Of a stretch of DNA of 64,000 nt, positions 1 to 12,895 are shown piece after piece. Source of the DNA: Octopus vulgaris (lineage: Eukaryota); contig OX597814.1 of NCBI GenBank assembly GCA_951406725.2, positions 82,150,001 to 82,214,000 on the forward strand, in the 5' to 3' direction. The notes under the pieces are model-generated. The model was not told the origin of the DNA. It was given only the letters and a program-made list of their open reading frames with translations, and ran no database searches. The position numbers were made by a program, and so were the translations under genes. Position 1 is the stretch's first letter. Every line of letters begins with the position of its first letter.

Positions 1-327
1 CCTTTTAGACAAAGTATAGTCAGCATGAAAAGTGTGTGATTACTTCAATACAAAATACATACACACATACATACACACAGACAGACAGGCAGATAGACAT
101 AATCCACACGCGCATGCACATATTTCACTGACCCTTATTATACACACATATATGCTAGCACCGTGTGTATGTGTGTAAACATACACGCACACACACACAC
201 ATATATGTATACATATATTAATAATTACACACACATACGCACACATACACACTCACTTAAAATACATAACGAATGTGCAAGTAAATATACTTTACACCAA
301 GGAAAAAAGAACAAAAGCAAATAAAAT

Positions 328-411
328 AAAATGGCGGCGCGCGACAAAGGCACATGCCGCACGAGCCGACAGTCACGTGCTCAAACCGACAGGTGCTCCC
401 TTACGTGGGAA
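328..411. promoter_or_regulatory. Candidate cis-regulatory module (YY1, HES N-box/E-boxes, Su(H)/CSL site)
   Basis: Unique CpG-rich island: AAAATGGCGGC 328-338, CACATG 351-356, CACGAG 360-365, CACGTG 374-379, CAGGTG 390-395, CGTGGGAA 404-411. Confidence 0.4.
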
Positions 412-848
412 CCAACCCAATACAAGCGAGACAATGGACTCAACGAGAAATGGGAGGTATAGGAGAAAAAAAAATAAACACAATAAAAAGAGTAATATGG
501 CCGCTATATATATATATTTTTATATATGTATTTATTTAGTTATTTATTTATGATGTACACTGCTTAGAATAAATACATAAATACATAAATATGGGAAATA
601 AAAAGAAGATAAGGTTTTAAGAGAGAAAGACTTTCCCTTGATAGGCTAGCCCAATCCGCTTTGAGGAGTAACCAAAGGAGAAATATAGAGAAGAAAACGA
701 AGGCGAGAGTGAGAGAGAGAAAAGAGAGAGAGAGAGAGGAGGTAGAAGTATATTAAAGTATTACAAAGAACGAAAATTGATAAAAAATTATTATGATTAT
801 ATGCACGCGCGCACACACACACACAAACACACAAACGCAAACACACAC

Positions 849-927
<79 letters not shown>

Positions 928-964
928 ATGAGTGTTTAAGTGTTTATATGTCTATGTATGTATG

Positions 965-1020
<56 letters not shown>

Positions 1021-1079
1021 TTATATAGATATAAAACGGCGGTGCATCAGCATGGCCACAGCTCTGAGCTGAAACTAGA

Positions 1080-1132
<53 letters not shown>

Positions 1133-1330
1133 CAGGGTGACCCAAAAGTATGTTTACAGTTATCACGTAGGCACTTTAAATTTCTTTTAAAACACTTTAT
1201 TACATTTAAATTTCCATCTTACAATTAATTAAATGGTTTCATATTTTTGTATAATTAAGATCTAAACTCTTAATATATGAATGCGAAAGAGATAGTTGAA
1301 TAACTGTAACCCTACTTTTGGGCCACCCTA
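1133..1330. mobile_element. Tc1/mariner-type MITE (~200 bp)
   Basis: TIRs CAGGGTGACCCAAAAGTA ... TACTTTTGGGCCACCCTA, flanked by TA. Confidence 0.75.
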
Positions 1331-1339
1331 TATATTATA

Positions 1340-1878
1340 TAGTTGTAAAATCTCAAGAAGTGATCAGAATAGTAAGTAAACAAGTAAAGTTAATCGCCGC
1401 ATCAAAGTGACTGTTCGATGTTACTACTACTTTTACCCCAGCGGGTAAAGTTGTTATTGGTGCAGCGCTGCACCCTATATAATGCTAACAAGGGAAGCGA
1501 ACACCTACCATCCTCTAGCAGACAAGAGGATCGCTAGAGTGACTCAGTTTCGAGCTGGTTGACTTATCCCCAGTCGCGAGTATCAGGTCGCCAGAGCGAT
1601 ATATTGTAAACAATACATTGTAATCAAAGCGATATATTCTAAACTAAGCTACCATCGGTCACTGATTTGCAACAAGCAAAAATATAGCTCCCCCAGCTAG
1701 CAATATATAGGGTGTAGCGCTGTACCGAAAACCAGCTGGCGGAAGATCTGCCTTGAGTTAAACTAGTAGTAACATGGCACAACCACTTTGATGTGGCGAT
1801 TAATTTACTTGTTAGTATAGTTACTACTCTGATCTCTTCTTCACAACTAGCTACTTATGCTTGTTGCAAATCAGTGAC
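1340..1878. repeat. Interleaved inverted repeats (A 1340-1490 / A' 1697-1849; B 1658-1678 / B' 1858-1878)
   Basis: A arms are imperfect reverse complements; GTCACTGATTTGCAACAAGCA is the exact reverse complement of 1858-1878. Confidence 0.7.
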
Positions 1879-1989
1879 ATCCTCCAAGACGAAAAGCGGA
1901 ACGTACCAAGGGGTGTAAGAGCTCAGTAGAGTCAACGGTCATCCAACAGCTGAAAGTACGAGCACCCTAGTTTTTTCTGTTAGACATGT

Positions 1990-2450
1990 CTCTAGAAGGA
2001 AACTCTGGTGGAACACCTACGACTTTGTTTGCATCCAATGATGAAGACTACAACTTCTTTTGGGACAAATACATACATTGCCAAGAGAACGGTATTGGTC
2101 CTGTACAAGGCCTTCCTTCACTTTAAAAAGCTTCAAGCACAAGACATCGCTTGTTTTATAACACCTCTATTAACATCTCGATTATGTGTTGCATGCTATG
2201 ATTGGCCGTAGCCTAAAAATGCAAAACACTCAATAAAACATTCCATGACGGCATGAAAGGATGGGTGAGCGTGGGTGGTAAGAGCTTTGAACATATGCTG
2301 CAAGAGGCACCCATTGTTGTCACACCTGTTCAAACAAGTGTAGGTCACTAACAGGACTGGATAAATCATGTTCGTGCTACTCATACTTAACAAACCAGCC
2401 AAGAACAATCAAGCGATTGCTTTGCCCGAAATCGAATTGTAGCCATCACG
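1990..2450 (+). pseudogene. Degenerate DIRS-like (tyrosine-recombinase retrotransposon) remnant
   Basis: Manual translation GTPTTLFAS resembles the DIRS RNase H end (WGxPxxDLFAS); YNFFWDKYIHCQENGIGP resembles the recombinase N-terminus; many stops and frameshifts. Confidence 0.35.
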
Positions 2451-2474
2451 CTTACGCATTGAAAAATCAGATTA

Positions 2475-4051
2475 TCTCTATCCTTATAAAAAGCAATGTT
2501 TGTGAGTTGACCGCTGAAAACACTAAATAAAATTTTAAATATTTCAGATTTTTCGTGTCATTTAAATTAATTTCACCATTCCGAAGATAAGTGTGCACTT
2601 ATTTTCCGAAAACGGATTGGCAGGGCCAGGTTGATAGTGTATTGACTCCTATTTCTAGCAATCCACGTACTGTCTATTTCATTGTAATGTCTATATATCT
2701 TTATAAAAAACGAAATTTGTTTCTCCGTTGACCGCCATTTTTTCTATGTTGACCGCAATCCACGCACTGTCTGTTTCACCGTATTGTCTAAATATTATCT
2801 CTATCCTTATAAAAAGTTTGCTTGTTTGTTTGTAAATTGACCGCTGAAAACACTAAGTAAAATTGATAATATTTCAGATTTTTCTTGTGAATTAGATTGA
2901 TTTTACCATTCTGCAGATAACTGCACTTCTTTTTCGAAAACGGATTAAGTGGGCCGACTTGGTGGTTTATTAGCTCCTATTTCTAGCAATCTACGTACTC
3001 TCTATTTCCCCGTAATGCTTTTTACAGTGTGAAAAAATACTCCACTATCACTCAGTCCACCTCCAACTTTCTCTAACTTTATACATTACATTTATTCCTT
3101 TGAAGTTGCCGCTGGACCTCTGCTACCTCTCTGTCTATATGTCCCTCTCTATGTCTCTATCTCTCACTATCTTCCTCCCCTCTCTCTCTCTCACTTTGAT
3201 TGTATATGTGTATCCATCTCTCTTTTTCTCTCTAGAGAAAAAATACGTGAGACTGATAGAAAGAGGGTTAGGGAGAAACAAGTGAAACAGAGGTGAGATG
3301 GGGGTAGCCACATCTATAAATCTATCAACAAAGTTGTCGACGAGGATGATGCTATTCATTATCCTCTTGAATTTCTCAACAGTCTGGAACCGTCCGGCAT
3401 GCTGCCACACAACCTTTAATTGAAGAAGGGCGCAGTTTTCATGCTTCCCAGAAACCTGGATCAGCCAAGACCGTGCAATGGTACACGTATGGTTGTGACT
3501 GAACTACAGCCTCACATCATCGAAGCAAAAATCCTCACTGGATTTGGTAAGGGAAACTTTGTATTTATGCCTAGAATACCACTAATACCAACAGATGTCC
3601 CCTTTCGTTTCAAACGATTGCAATTCCCACTGAGAGTCAGTTACGCATTGACCATTAACAAGTCCCAAGATCAAACACTGCAGGCAGTCGGTCTCTATCT
3701 AGAAGAGGGTTGTTTCTCACATGGCCAATTGTATGTAGGTTGTTCCAGAGTAGAACACTCACAGAAACTCTTCGTATACGCTCCAAAGAAAAACAGTTTA
3801 AAACATTGTATATACTGAAGTTCGCTAATTGTTTTATAATTTTTGTATGATACATTTATCTATTATTATCTAGATTACTTTCTGTATTTAGATATTCTAA
3901 ATAAATTTGTAAAATATTTTATGCAATATTTAAATACTTTTTCACAACTTTTATTGTAAGGAAAATGGGCATTATGATAGATACCAACATGTGCCTTATG
4001 AATATATTTCAACACTGTAAAGACCGGGCCGTTGGCCGGGTGGCCCACTAG
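2475..4051 (+). mobile_element. Non-autonomous Helitron deletion derivative with duplicated 5' end
   Basis: 5' a|TCTCTATCCTTATAAAAAG at 2475 and 2798; 3' GC-rich hairpin CCGGGCCGTTGGCCGGG followed by CTAG|t at 4048-4051; contains a helicase fragment. Confidence 0.8.
3340..3818 (+). pseudogene. Helitron PIF1-family helicase C-terminal fragment
   Basis: [81 protein letters not shown]; in-frame stop before the annotated ORF. Confidence 0.92.
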
Positions 4052-4066
4052 TATATGTATATATGT

Positions 4067-4116
<50 letters not shown>

Positions 4117-5269
4117 CATGCACGACAGCCTTCTTTCAGTTTCCGTCTATCAAAGGCTTTGGTTGGCCCAATGCTATATAGTAGAAACACTTGCCCAACG
4201 TGCCATGCAGCGGAACTGTACTCGGAAGCATGTGGTTTGGAAGCAAGCCTCTTACACACCCACACCTGCGCCCGTGTGTCTGTGTGTGTGTATAGGGGGA
4301 GAAGTGTGTATGTGTACATATACAAACATATGCCCCCTTACCTAGCTATTGATAAGAACATGTAATACAAAAGAATTTTGAGTAAAGAGTAACCAAAGAG
4401 TATTACATCAAACTAAAAGATATGGTAGTCGGGAATTTCCTTTTACAAGACAATATCCCAAAATTTATTTGTTGTACCCCTATTGATACCAAAGTTTGGT
4501 ATATTTGACTAATGTACAGAAGAAAAACACTCCATAGACATTAAAACCTGCAAGATTCAGACACTTCCAGAGAAAGAGCAATATCGCCCAACTCTATTTC
4601 AGAAGAGAAGTGAAATGAATAAGTCTAAGGTCAGTTCAGACAAACTAGGAGTATCGTATAATACTGCTCAGATGATACATATCAAACAATAGCAACAAAA
4701 AGAAATGCATCAACCAGGAGCTGAAAAATGAAGCGAGCGATATTCTGCTGGTTTGCAGTGAAACTCCTCAACAAATACTTCCTGATGACCTCCCATCCGG
4801 ACCCATAAGTGCTGGGTTAAGAAGACCTAGAAGAGAAATATTTTACATACCACAAAGAGGTTATGCATGTGCATGTTTCCTGTAAATTAGACAAAAATGA
4901 TTATATTGGTTTCAAATTTCAGTACAAGGTCAGCATATCAGGGAGGGGACTAGTCGATTACATCACTGGTACTTGATTTATCGACCCCGAAAGGATGAAA
5001 GGCAAAGTCGACCTGGACTGAATTTGAACACAGAACGTAAAAACGGACGAAATATCATTCAGCATTTTGACCACTGTGATAACAATTTTTCAAGCTCGCT
5101 CACCGATAATATTAACATGAAGTGTCACCACTATTAGAGGTGTAACTGCGGCATCACATCTCATCCCGGTGACACTTTTGCAATCCTAGAGCAGAAGTTA
5201 GTTACAAAATATCTCATGAATAAAGCTCTTAAAATTCGAAAATGCCACCGCAAGTGTCGATTACGTCAC

Positions 5270-6020
5270 TCTATATGACGTATTTAATCAGCAGTTGTCC
5301 AAAATGTCATCAAGGAACTACCGACAATTACGACATGATGCTGCTAAAACAATACATAATGCCATTCACAGAAAGGGCTGTTCTGGGGTGTACTACATAA
5401 ACAATATCAGCACAAGGAATATTGGTTTCAAATTTTAGCACAAGCCCAGCAATTTCGGAGGAGGGGTAAGTTTATTAGAGCGACCTCAGTGTTCAGCTGG
5501 CACTTATTTTATCAACCTCGAAAAAATGAAAGGTAAAGTCGACCTCAGCTGTATTTGAACTCAGAACGTAAAGACGGACGAAATGCCGTCAAGCATTTTT
5601 ACCGGTGTGCTAACAATTCTGCCAGCTCGCCGGAATATTGGCAAAACATTTCTATCAAACTTCTTCCAAATGCAAACACAACAGGCCTGATATAGTTATT
5701 CGAGACGAAAAAGAAAAGTCACGTACAGTCACAGAGAGTACTTGTCCTGAAAATGAGAACATCTCTTCTAAAATCAGTAATGAAGATAATACCTATGGAC
5801 AATTGCTTCGAAACTTGAAACTCTTCTACCCTGATTATAAATTTACATTCACAGCATGATCATTGATGCACTTAGTTACTTTTGTAAATGTCTAAGCTAC
5901 AATCTGGAAAAAAAAAACAACGATTTCCAAGCAAAAAACGAGACTAGATAACACGAGCTTTTCTGGTACAATTTATGAATGGAACAGAAAATATAGAAGA
6001 CTTTCTCAAAATTCGATATG
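5270..6020 (+). mobile_element. R4/Dong-like LINE 3' fragment (restriction-like endonuclease), interrupted by a SINE
   Basis: SSCPKMSSRNYRQLRHDAAKTIHNAI before the SINE; CKHNRPDIVIRD..TCPENENIS..YGQLLRNLKLFYPDYKF after it (RHD and RPD motifs). Confidence 0.7.
5426..5631 (-). mobile_element. tRNA-derived SINE, family A (Nin/Deu-like domain), with 10-bp TSD
   Basis: Reverse complement of the GGCGAGCTGGCAGAA..GAGTTCAAAT..GTCGACTTTACCTTTCAT consensus; GGAATATTGG at 5416-5425 and 5632-5641. Confidence 0.85.
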
Positions 6021-6153
6021 TAACAATTATTGTTTGCTATACTTCAATGATGGAACTTTGCTGCTTTTTGTTAATAACCAGTTCCCTCCGAAAGAGAATA
6101 TTAATAGATAAAAAGAAGAAAAAGACGTGCACACATATTTGTGTGTGTGTGTG

Positions 6154-6252
<99 letters not shown>

Positions 6253-6608
6253 GTGTGTGTGTGATCCAACATTTTTGTATTTAGCATGCAGAACGCTAGC
6301 GAGGTGTCTCCCTTCAGCTATATTATTTGTGTATATGTACGCATGTAATAGTCTTGTAACTTAACGCACATGTCACAATCACTTGTTCGTCCTTCCAGTG
6401 TCATATACAGCACCGTCATCAATATCACCACCAACAAAGGATTTGTGTGTGTATAGGGAACAGTAAGAGAGTGGGAGGGAGGGAGGGAGGGAGAAAGGTG
6501 GAAAGAATATAAAGGAAGAAGAAAGACTGAGACGTAAACGCCAAGGAGAGTGACAGAACATTGCAGACAGTGACAATGATAAACACATACAGATACACGT
6601 ATATACAT

Positions 6609-6672
<64 letters not shown>

Positions 6673-6989
6673 TGCTTGCTTGCACACACACATGATTAAA
6701 GGGATTTTCTCGAGTACATAGATAACGATCAAATCTCTAACAGCTGTAGCCTTTCTCACAGTTTCTATCTCAAGAGCAACATACCGTACTAACTTAAAAT
6801 ATGTCCACTATTCATTTTAAGTAGATAGCCCCCATGAGTTTACTCGACCTACCAGAAATAGCAACTAATGTTTCTCAAATTATGCTCCTCTGACTTACTG
6901 AAGCATAAAGCGAATAACATACTCCAAAATCCACTTTTTTTTTAAAAAATATCAGTATGATGACAGCTGCAAAAACTTTGACCAAGTGT

Positions 6990-8190
6990 CTGCTCGAACA
7001 AGACTGACTTACGGCAAAACAACAACAACAACAGCAACAGTATGTCATGTTTCTGTGAAAGACATCACGCATGTGATCAGCAGCAATCATAAACTGTCGT
7101 CACGGTACTACCTCTCTATGTGGCGCGATGTTGTTGCTAAAACAATTTACAATGCCATCCGCAAAAAAGACTGTCCTGAAATAAACTTAGAAAATCCCTG
7201 TTAAGGAATACAGAGGTATGTACCATCATAGAAGTCAGCTGCCCTGCAGATATAAATATCTCTTTGAAAATCAAAGAAAAAGAGGTTATATTTGGACAAC
7301 TGCTCCGAAAACTCCAATTTCTATATCCAGACTATGAATTCATATCCATACCAATAATAATAATTGGAGGAAACGTTGTGGTTTTCATCACTGTTTAAAA
7401 TTTTGTTCCAACTGTTTTCAAATTTGGTATATGGATTGAGTTTTGTATACTAATTATGAAAATGAAATTCATTTCCCCTATACATCCATAACTAAAACAT
7501 TATTAGCGTTTAAAATTTGCAAAATTTATAGGTATGTTAGCCAATCAGAAGTGGGTATTTTAGACATCACCGTGGCGAAGAAGTCTGTTTCTATAGTAAC
7601 CAAAGCAAAGAAGCACCACGTGTTCCATAGCTGATTGCGAAGAACCCTGTTTCTATAGTAACCAAAGATGCTGCGCATGCGCTCAAGGAGTGTAACCACC
7701 ACTGGTTCTTTAATTGTTTGCTCTCATAACAGATAGTTCGTTTGTTCGTGGCTTTTCAAATATTTAATTTTTTCGCGTAGCTAGTTTAATGTTCCGACAT
7801 GCCGATGCCTCCGCCCTTGATAATGGAGGAGGCAGCGAGTGCGCTGTTTTCTGGTTGGCTGATAATTCTGAAGATTATCAAACTTTGAAGGCCTGGAAAC
7901 CTTTTTGCAAATTTTTTCTGGAATAAATGAATAACAAATTCGAATTAAATATATAAAATTAAATATATATGATTCATTAAAAAATTTTCTAATCATAATT
8001 GTAAACAGTGGCGAAAACCACAAAGATCCAATTGGAGCACTAGGTTTTGTTAGTAAATGCTTAAAGGAGAATCTGGATTAACTGGGATTCTCAGAAAGAG
8101 AAATCGACCGGCTAATTCATACATTTCAAGTGCAATCTGTGTAAAAATAGACAAAACTTTTCTCAAGTTCCAAATATAAATTTGTCTGTG
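6990..8190 (+). mobile_element. R4/Dong-like LINE 3' fragment split by a MITE
   Basis: DITHVISS..RYYLSMWRDVVAKTIYNAIRKKDCP..SCPADINISLKIKEKE..GQLLRKLQFLYPDY..PIIIIG, resuming after 8029 as GALGFVSKCLKENL. Confidence 0.75.
7370..8029. mobile_element. MITE with 8-bp TSD, probably Merlin superfamily
   Basis: TIRs TTGTGGTTTTCATCACTGTTTA / TAAACAGTGGCGAAAACCACAA; TSD AATTGGAG at 7362-7369 and 8030-8037; removing it restores the LINE frame IGALG. Confidence 0.8.
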
Positions 8191-8999
8191 TTAACTACAT
8201 CACAAAGATGGAGCCTTGTATCTTTGTTGGAAACCGGCTCTCTCTTCAGTGGAAGATTTATAGTAATTAAAAAATAGAAGAGACATGCATACAAAACCGG
8301 AAAAGAGAAAGCTGATTCGAAGACTACAGATCCAATCCATCACTAGATCTGTAAAAATCTGTAAAACTTTCCAGAGGTTTATCATTTAAGTATATATGAG
8401 CATGTCTAGATATGCAAGTATATGCATGAGAAGACATACATAAAACAAAACATACAAATCTGCGCGTATACATACAAACATACATACATACATACATACA
8501 TACATACATACATACATACATACATACATACATACATACATACATACATACATACATACATACATACAAAAATACTCTGTTGTTGATGTTAAAATTTCAG
8601 TAATGGAGCCTTCGATCTAGGTTAGAAACCGGCTCTTTCTCTATTGGCAAGAAATCTTGAAATAAAACTAAGTAATGACATAATACATAATGTTTGCTCC
8701 GTCTCCACAGATGACTACCATCTCTTTGTGCTTCCTGGTGTCAATGATTTGGGTGAACAGTGCTCTTTCTAAAAAGGGCTGCTCAGTCATAAGAATCTCC
8801 GTTTGAGTTGGTCCCTATCATGAGAAAACACAACAACGATGTATATATTGTAATAATAAGAATGTGTATATCGTAACTGTGTAGATTGTATAGACTGCAC
8901 TGTGTAGATTGTGTAGATTGTGTAGATTGTAACTGTGTGCCTCCATCGGGATAGGTTTACATACGTCGTCACTTGTCTATCGCCTTAGGATTTTCAGTA

Positions 9000-10282
9000 G
9001 ATGGAATGACAAATGAAGTCACCATAATGAAACATTTGTACGTTAAAATGTGAAAGTTGATGACGATGCATTCTATGCATCACCCAAAAGCAGACATAGA
9101 CCTAGAAAAGAAGACTGTCGGGGGTTAATACAGCTCCCATTGAAAAATACAACCTCGGGACTTTCTGCCCACCTGCAACAAGCGAACGACTGGATGTTAA
9201 AGCTGGTTCTGAAACATGAAGATACCAAAACGTTGCACTCAGTGATGAAAAATGCGAAGATATATCTCCGAAAATGCAACGAGACAAACCACTACCCGAA
9301 AAAAAATGTATCCCCAGCAGAAAAGGCAGAACAAATGAAAACCATTGTAAACAAACCAGCCCCCAATAAATTAAGAATTGGCAGAAAATACCTAACTAGA
9401 ATCAGGGATCCTGATGTAGATAAAACCCTTACTCATCAGTGGCTGTCATGCTCTGGTTTCAAACGAGAAACTGAAAGGTACATCATTGCTACTCAGGACC
9501 AGTACCTTCTAACGAAGAGTTACCAGAGTAATGACTTGAAATATGAAAGTAGCTCATCATGTCGCATATGCGGAGAACACCCAGAGACAATCGATCACAT
9601 AATCTCTGGATGCAGCAGACTGACACTAACAGAAAACTTGCAAAGGCATAACAAGGCAAATCAGTACACACACTGGTCAATATGCTGCACATATAACCTC
9701 CCCAACAAAAATAATTGGTGGGAACACAAGCCACCACAAGTTACCCAGAGCGCCAAAGTTAACACCCTTTAAATTTGCAGTGAACGGGGAAAAGAGACAG
9801 ACCGACCAAATATTGTTGTGAAAATTCAAATTGAAAAGACTTGTCTTTTGATTGATCTTGTATCACCAGCCGACAAAAGCACATGTCTGAAAACATTTGA
9901 AAGAATAAGCAATTATCAGGACCTTGAGATTGAAATCAGAAGAATGGGGCAACACAAAACAATAGTATTACCTATTGTTATTGGGGCACTTGGAATGATA
10001 TCAAGAGGAGCAAACAAGTATGTAGAATAAATCCCTGGCAGTCCCAACATAAACAAATTACAAAAGATCGTACTTATGGGTACCTCATATATTCTACGTA
10101 AGCTTCTTTCCATGTAAACGCAGCCTTACTCAATCTGTGTGTTTTTCTTTTTCTTCCACAGACGTCAGTGTCCTCAATTGCACGACACCTCACCTGTTAG
10201 CATCTTCAAATGCAAGACCGTGATGTCCCTTAACGTCTCTGCAACTCACATAAAGCAAAACAAAAACAATAATAATAATACT
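9000..10282 (+). mobile_element. R4/Dong-clade non-LTR retrotransposon 3' fragment (CCHC knuckle + RLE endonuclease), (AAT)n tail
   Basis: ORF 9050-9772 ETERYIIATQDQ..CRICGEHPETIDHIISGC..RHN..WWEHKP; ORF 9818-10030 CLLIDLVSP..YQDLEIEIRRM..LPIVIGALG; then LQKIVLMGTSYILRK; ends in AATAATAAT. Confidence 0.88.
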
Positions 10283-12233
10283 GATAGCTGAGTTGATTAT
10301 ATCGATCTTAGTACTTGACAGGTACTTTATTTTACCGATTCTGGGCAAGTGAAAGGCAAATTTGGTATTGGTTGGATTTGAACTCAGAACATAAAGGGTC
10401 GCAAATTTGAGATCTTCACAGAGATATTATTGGTGAACACGGTATGAAATGGCATCACGCAGTACATCCATGTCATTTGTTTCTTTTAAGTAGATAGAGT
10501 GGACAACAGGGATGGGTATCTTTACATCTCTGTTCTACAGTAAAACTACTTTTAAGTTTCTTTGTAAAGAATCAATGAAGAGTCGCCAGTTTGATTGCTA
10601 CATGGGTTTGTTATGTTGGTAAAGAGTTTATTGGTATCTCTACAACCGCAGAGTGTGCCATATACTTTGAATTATGTTACGAAATAAAATTCACGCTTTT
10701 GATAACAGAGCTAATTCAACGTGGTGTCATCTTCTTGTCTTGGTCACTTGTATGTCAACCAAAGAATACTAGTATGTTAATCAAAGTATATTTTCATAAG
10801 AACCTTTTTAATAATTTGTCATTGTATCTTAATAGAAAAGGAGTATGGTTCTAAAGTGCATAAGGTAGTGGGACCCTGGTTCGGAAGTTTTACTATGACC
10901 TGGAGTCGTAACATTTGTCAGGATCCTAGCTTTGGGTTAGATAGCATGTAGTCACTCGAGCCAGGGTACATTGAAATCGTGTAGCGCAGCATGACGGATG
11001 TAAATTATTTCGGGAGATAAAGTTATTGAGTCAGTGGTGAATATCACTAGATGATGAGCGGATGAGCAGACGACAAACCGTCAGCAGCCAGAATCAACCA
11101 GTTCTATCAGTGAACTACTTCTATTGTCTGTTGTCGTAGTGTGCGCAGACGAGATATTTCAGTTAGCGAAAGACCAATGTGACAAAAACTTAAGCCAGAC
11201 TTTCATGCTACATTCCCTTGATCAGGACACCTGACATGAAAGAATTGCATTGGTCCGGGCAAGTCGCCCCACCGAAGATGATAAAAAAGGAGCTCGATGA
11301 TTTTTATTTTCTCAAAGCATGTTTATTAAATAGGAATAATGTGAGAAAACGTTCTGAAAAATGCAAAATATTTCATACATATTTAAAAAGCCAAATAACC
11401 GGTGTATTCTCAAATCTATACCTACTTAGATAATTTTGAAATTTGCATAAAATATCATCTCTGGTCCATCCAAAATCATCTCTGACAAGAATTCTTTGTT
11501 GAGTTGGCTGGTGTAACGATTCTTCTTCTGTGAAATCTTAACATCTCCACCACATCTCCCCCCCCCTCCCCCTCTCCCTCTCTCTCTCTCTCTCTCTCTC
11601 TTTCGTATTTGCTGTATTTCGTCCTTAGTTTCTCGGTTACTCATTCACCTTATCATTTTTTTTCCTTCGTATATTCCATTCAGCTTATACGTTCATGTGT
11701 AAATACTAACACACTTACTCACGCATATAAACCTCACCGCCCGCCTGTCTAATTTACCTACCAACCTACATACATACATAAACACACACAGACACACACA
11801 CACACACACATAATCCTTCTCTTCATCTAAGAAAATCTCCCCATCCTCATTCAGAGACGCGCACACCTTTTATGTGTTCGTATGCTCGTGTATTTATATG
11901 TTCAGGTGTGTGTATGTGTATGTGTGTGTAAGAACTTTTTCCTCTCTATATTTATGAATGTATCACACTAATGCATGCGCACACGTGCATATGTGTGTGT
12001 GTGTGCGTGTGCCTTCTGTTTCTTTCTCATTATAACCTTCCTTCTCCCTCTTTATGTCTACCTGAGCACACACAACACACACACGCACATACATCTATAC
12101 ATACATACTTATAAACATATACTACATGTCTACATGTGCGTATATACAGAGAGCGAGAAAGACAGAGAGAGAAGGGGAAAGAGAGGAGAGCAGAAAGAGT
12201 GAGCCAGTCTGCTCTCGATTCTCTGAATATTTT

Positions 12234-12306
<73 letters not shown>

Positions 12307-12552
12307 ACGCAGGCAGCCAGACACACCGTTAAATATCGCCGTTCTGCAAACACCATCTGCCTGTGCCGACCTGAGCTTCGTACAAGTTCTAAAACAAGTG
12401 TGCCACAACAAAAGACGGGAACGTGTCCAGGCTTTTATTACAATCATGTCAAACGGAACGAAACAAGACAAGACACACACAAGACCTTTACAACAAAAGG
12501 CTAAACTGCAAAGATGGCTGGAAGCACTTTTGATAAATATATATACATATGT

Positions 12553-12651
<99 letters not shown>

Positions 12652-12694
12652 TGCGTGCGTGTGTGTGTATGGATATACATATGTACATAGATAC

Positions 12695-12725
<31 letters not shown>

Positions 12726-12727
<2 letters not shown>

Positions 12728-12830
12728 GTTAATCCAAACATGAAAACAAAGAGAAAACGCAACAATGCGAGGACGTGGAACAAGTATAGTGTTATTGGAC
12801 GCTCAGGAAAGGAAAGAAAGAAGGAACGCA
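12726..12830 (-). repeat. Truncated copy of the PLE pLTR-like insert at 56742-56942
   Basis: AGTTAATCCAAACA..AACAATGCGAGGACGTGGAACAA..CGCTCAGGAAA matches 56742-56822; flanked by (TA)n. Confidence 0.65.
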
Positions 12831-12895
12831 ATATATATATACATATATATACATATACACACACATATATATGGATATATATATATATATACATA

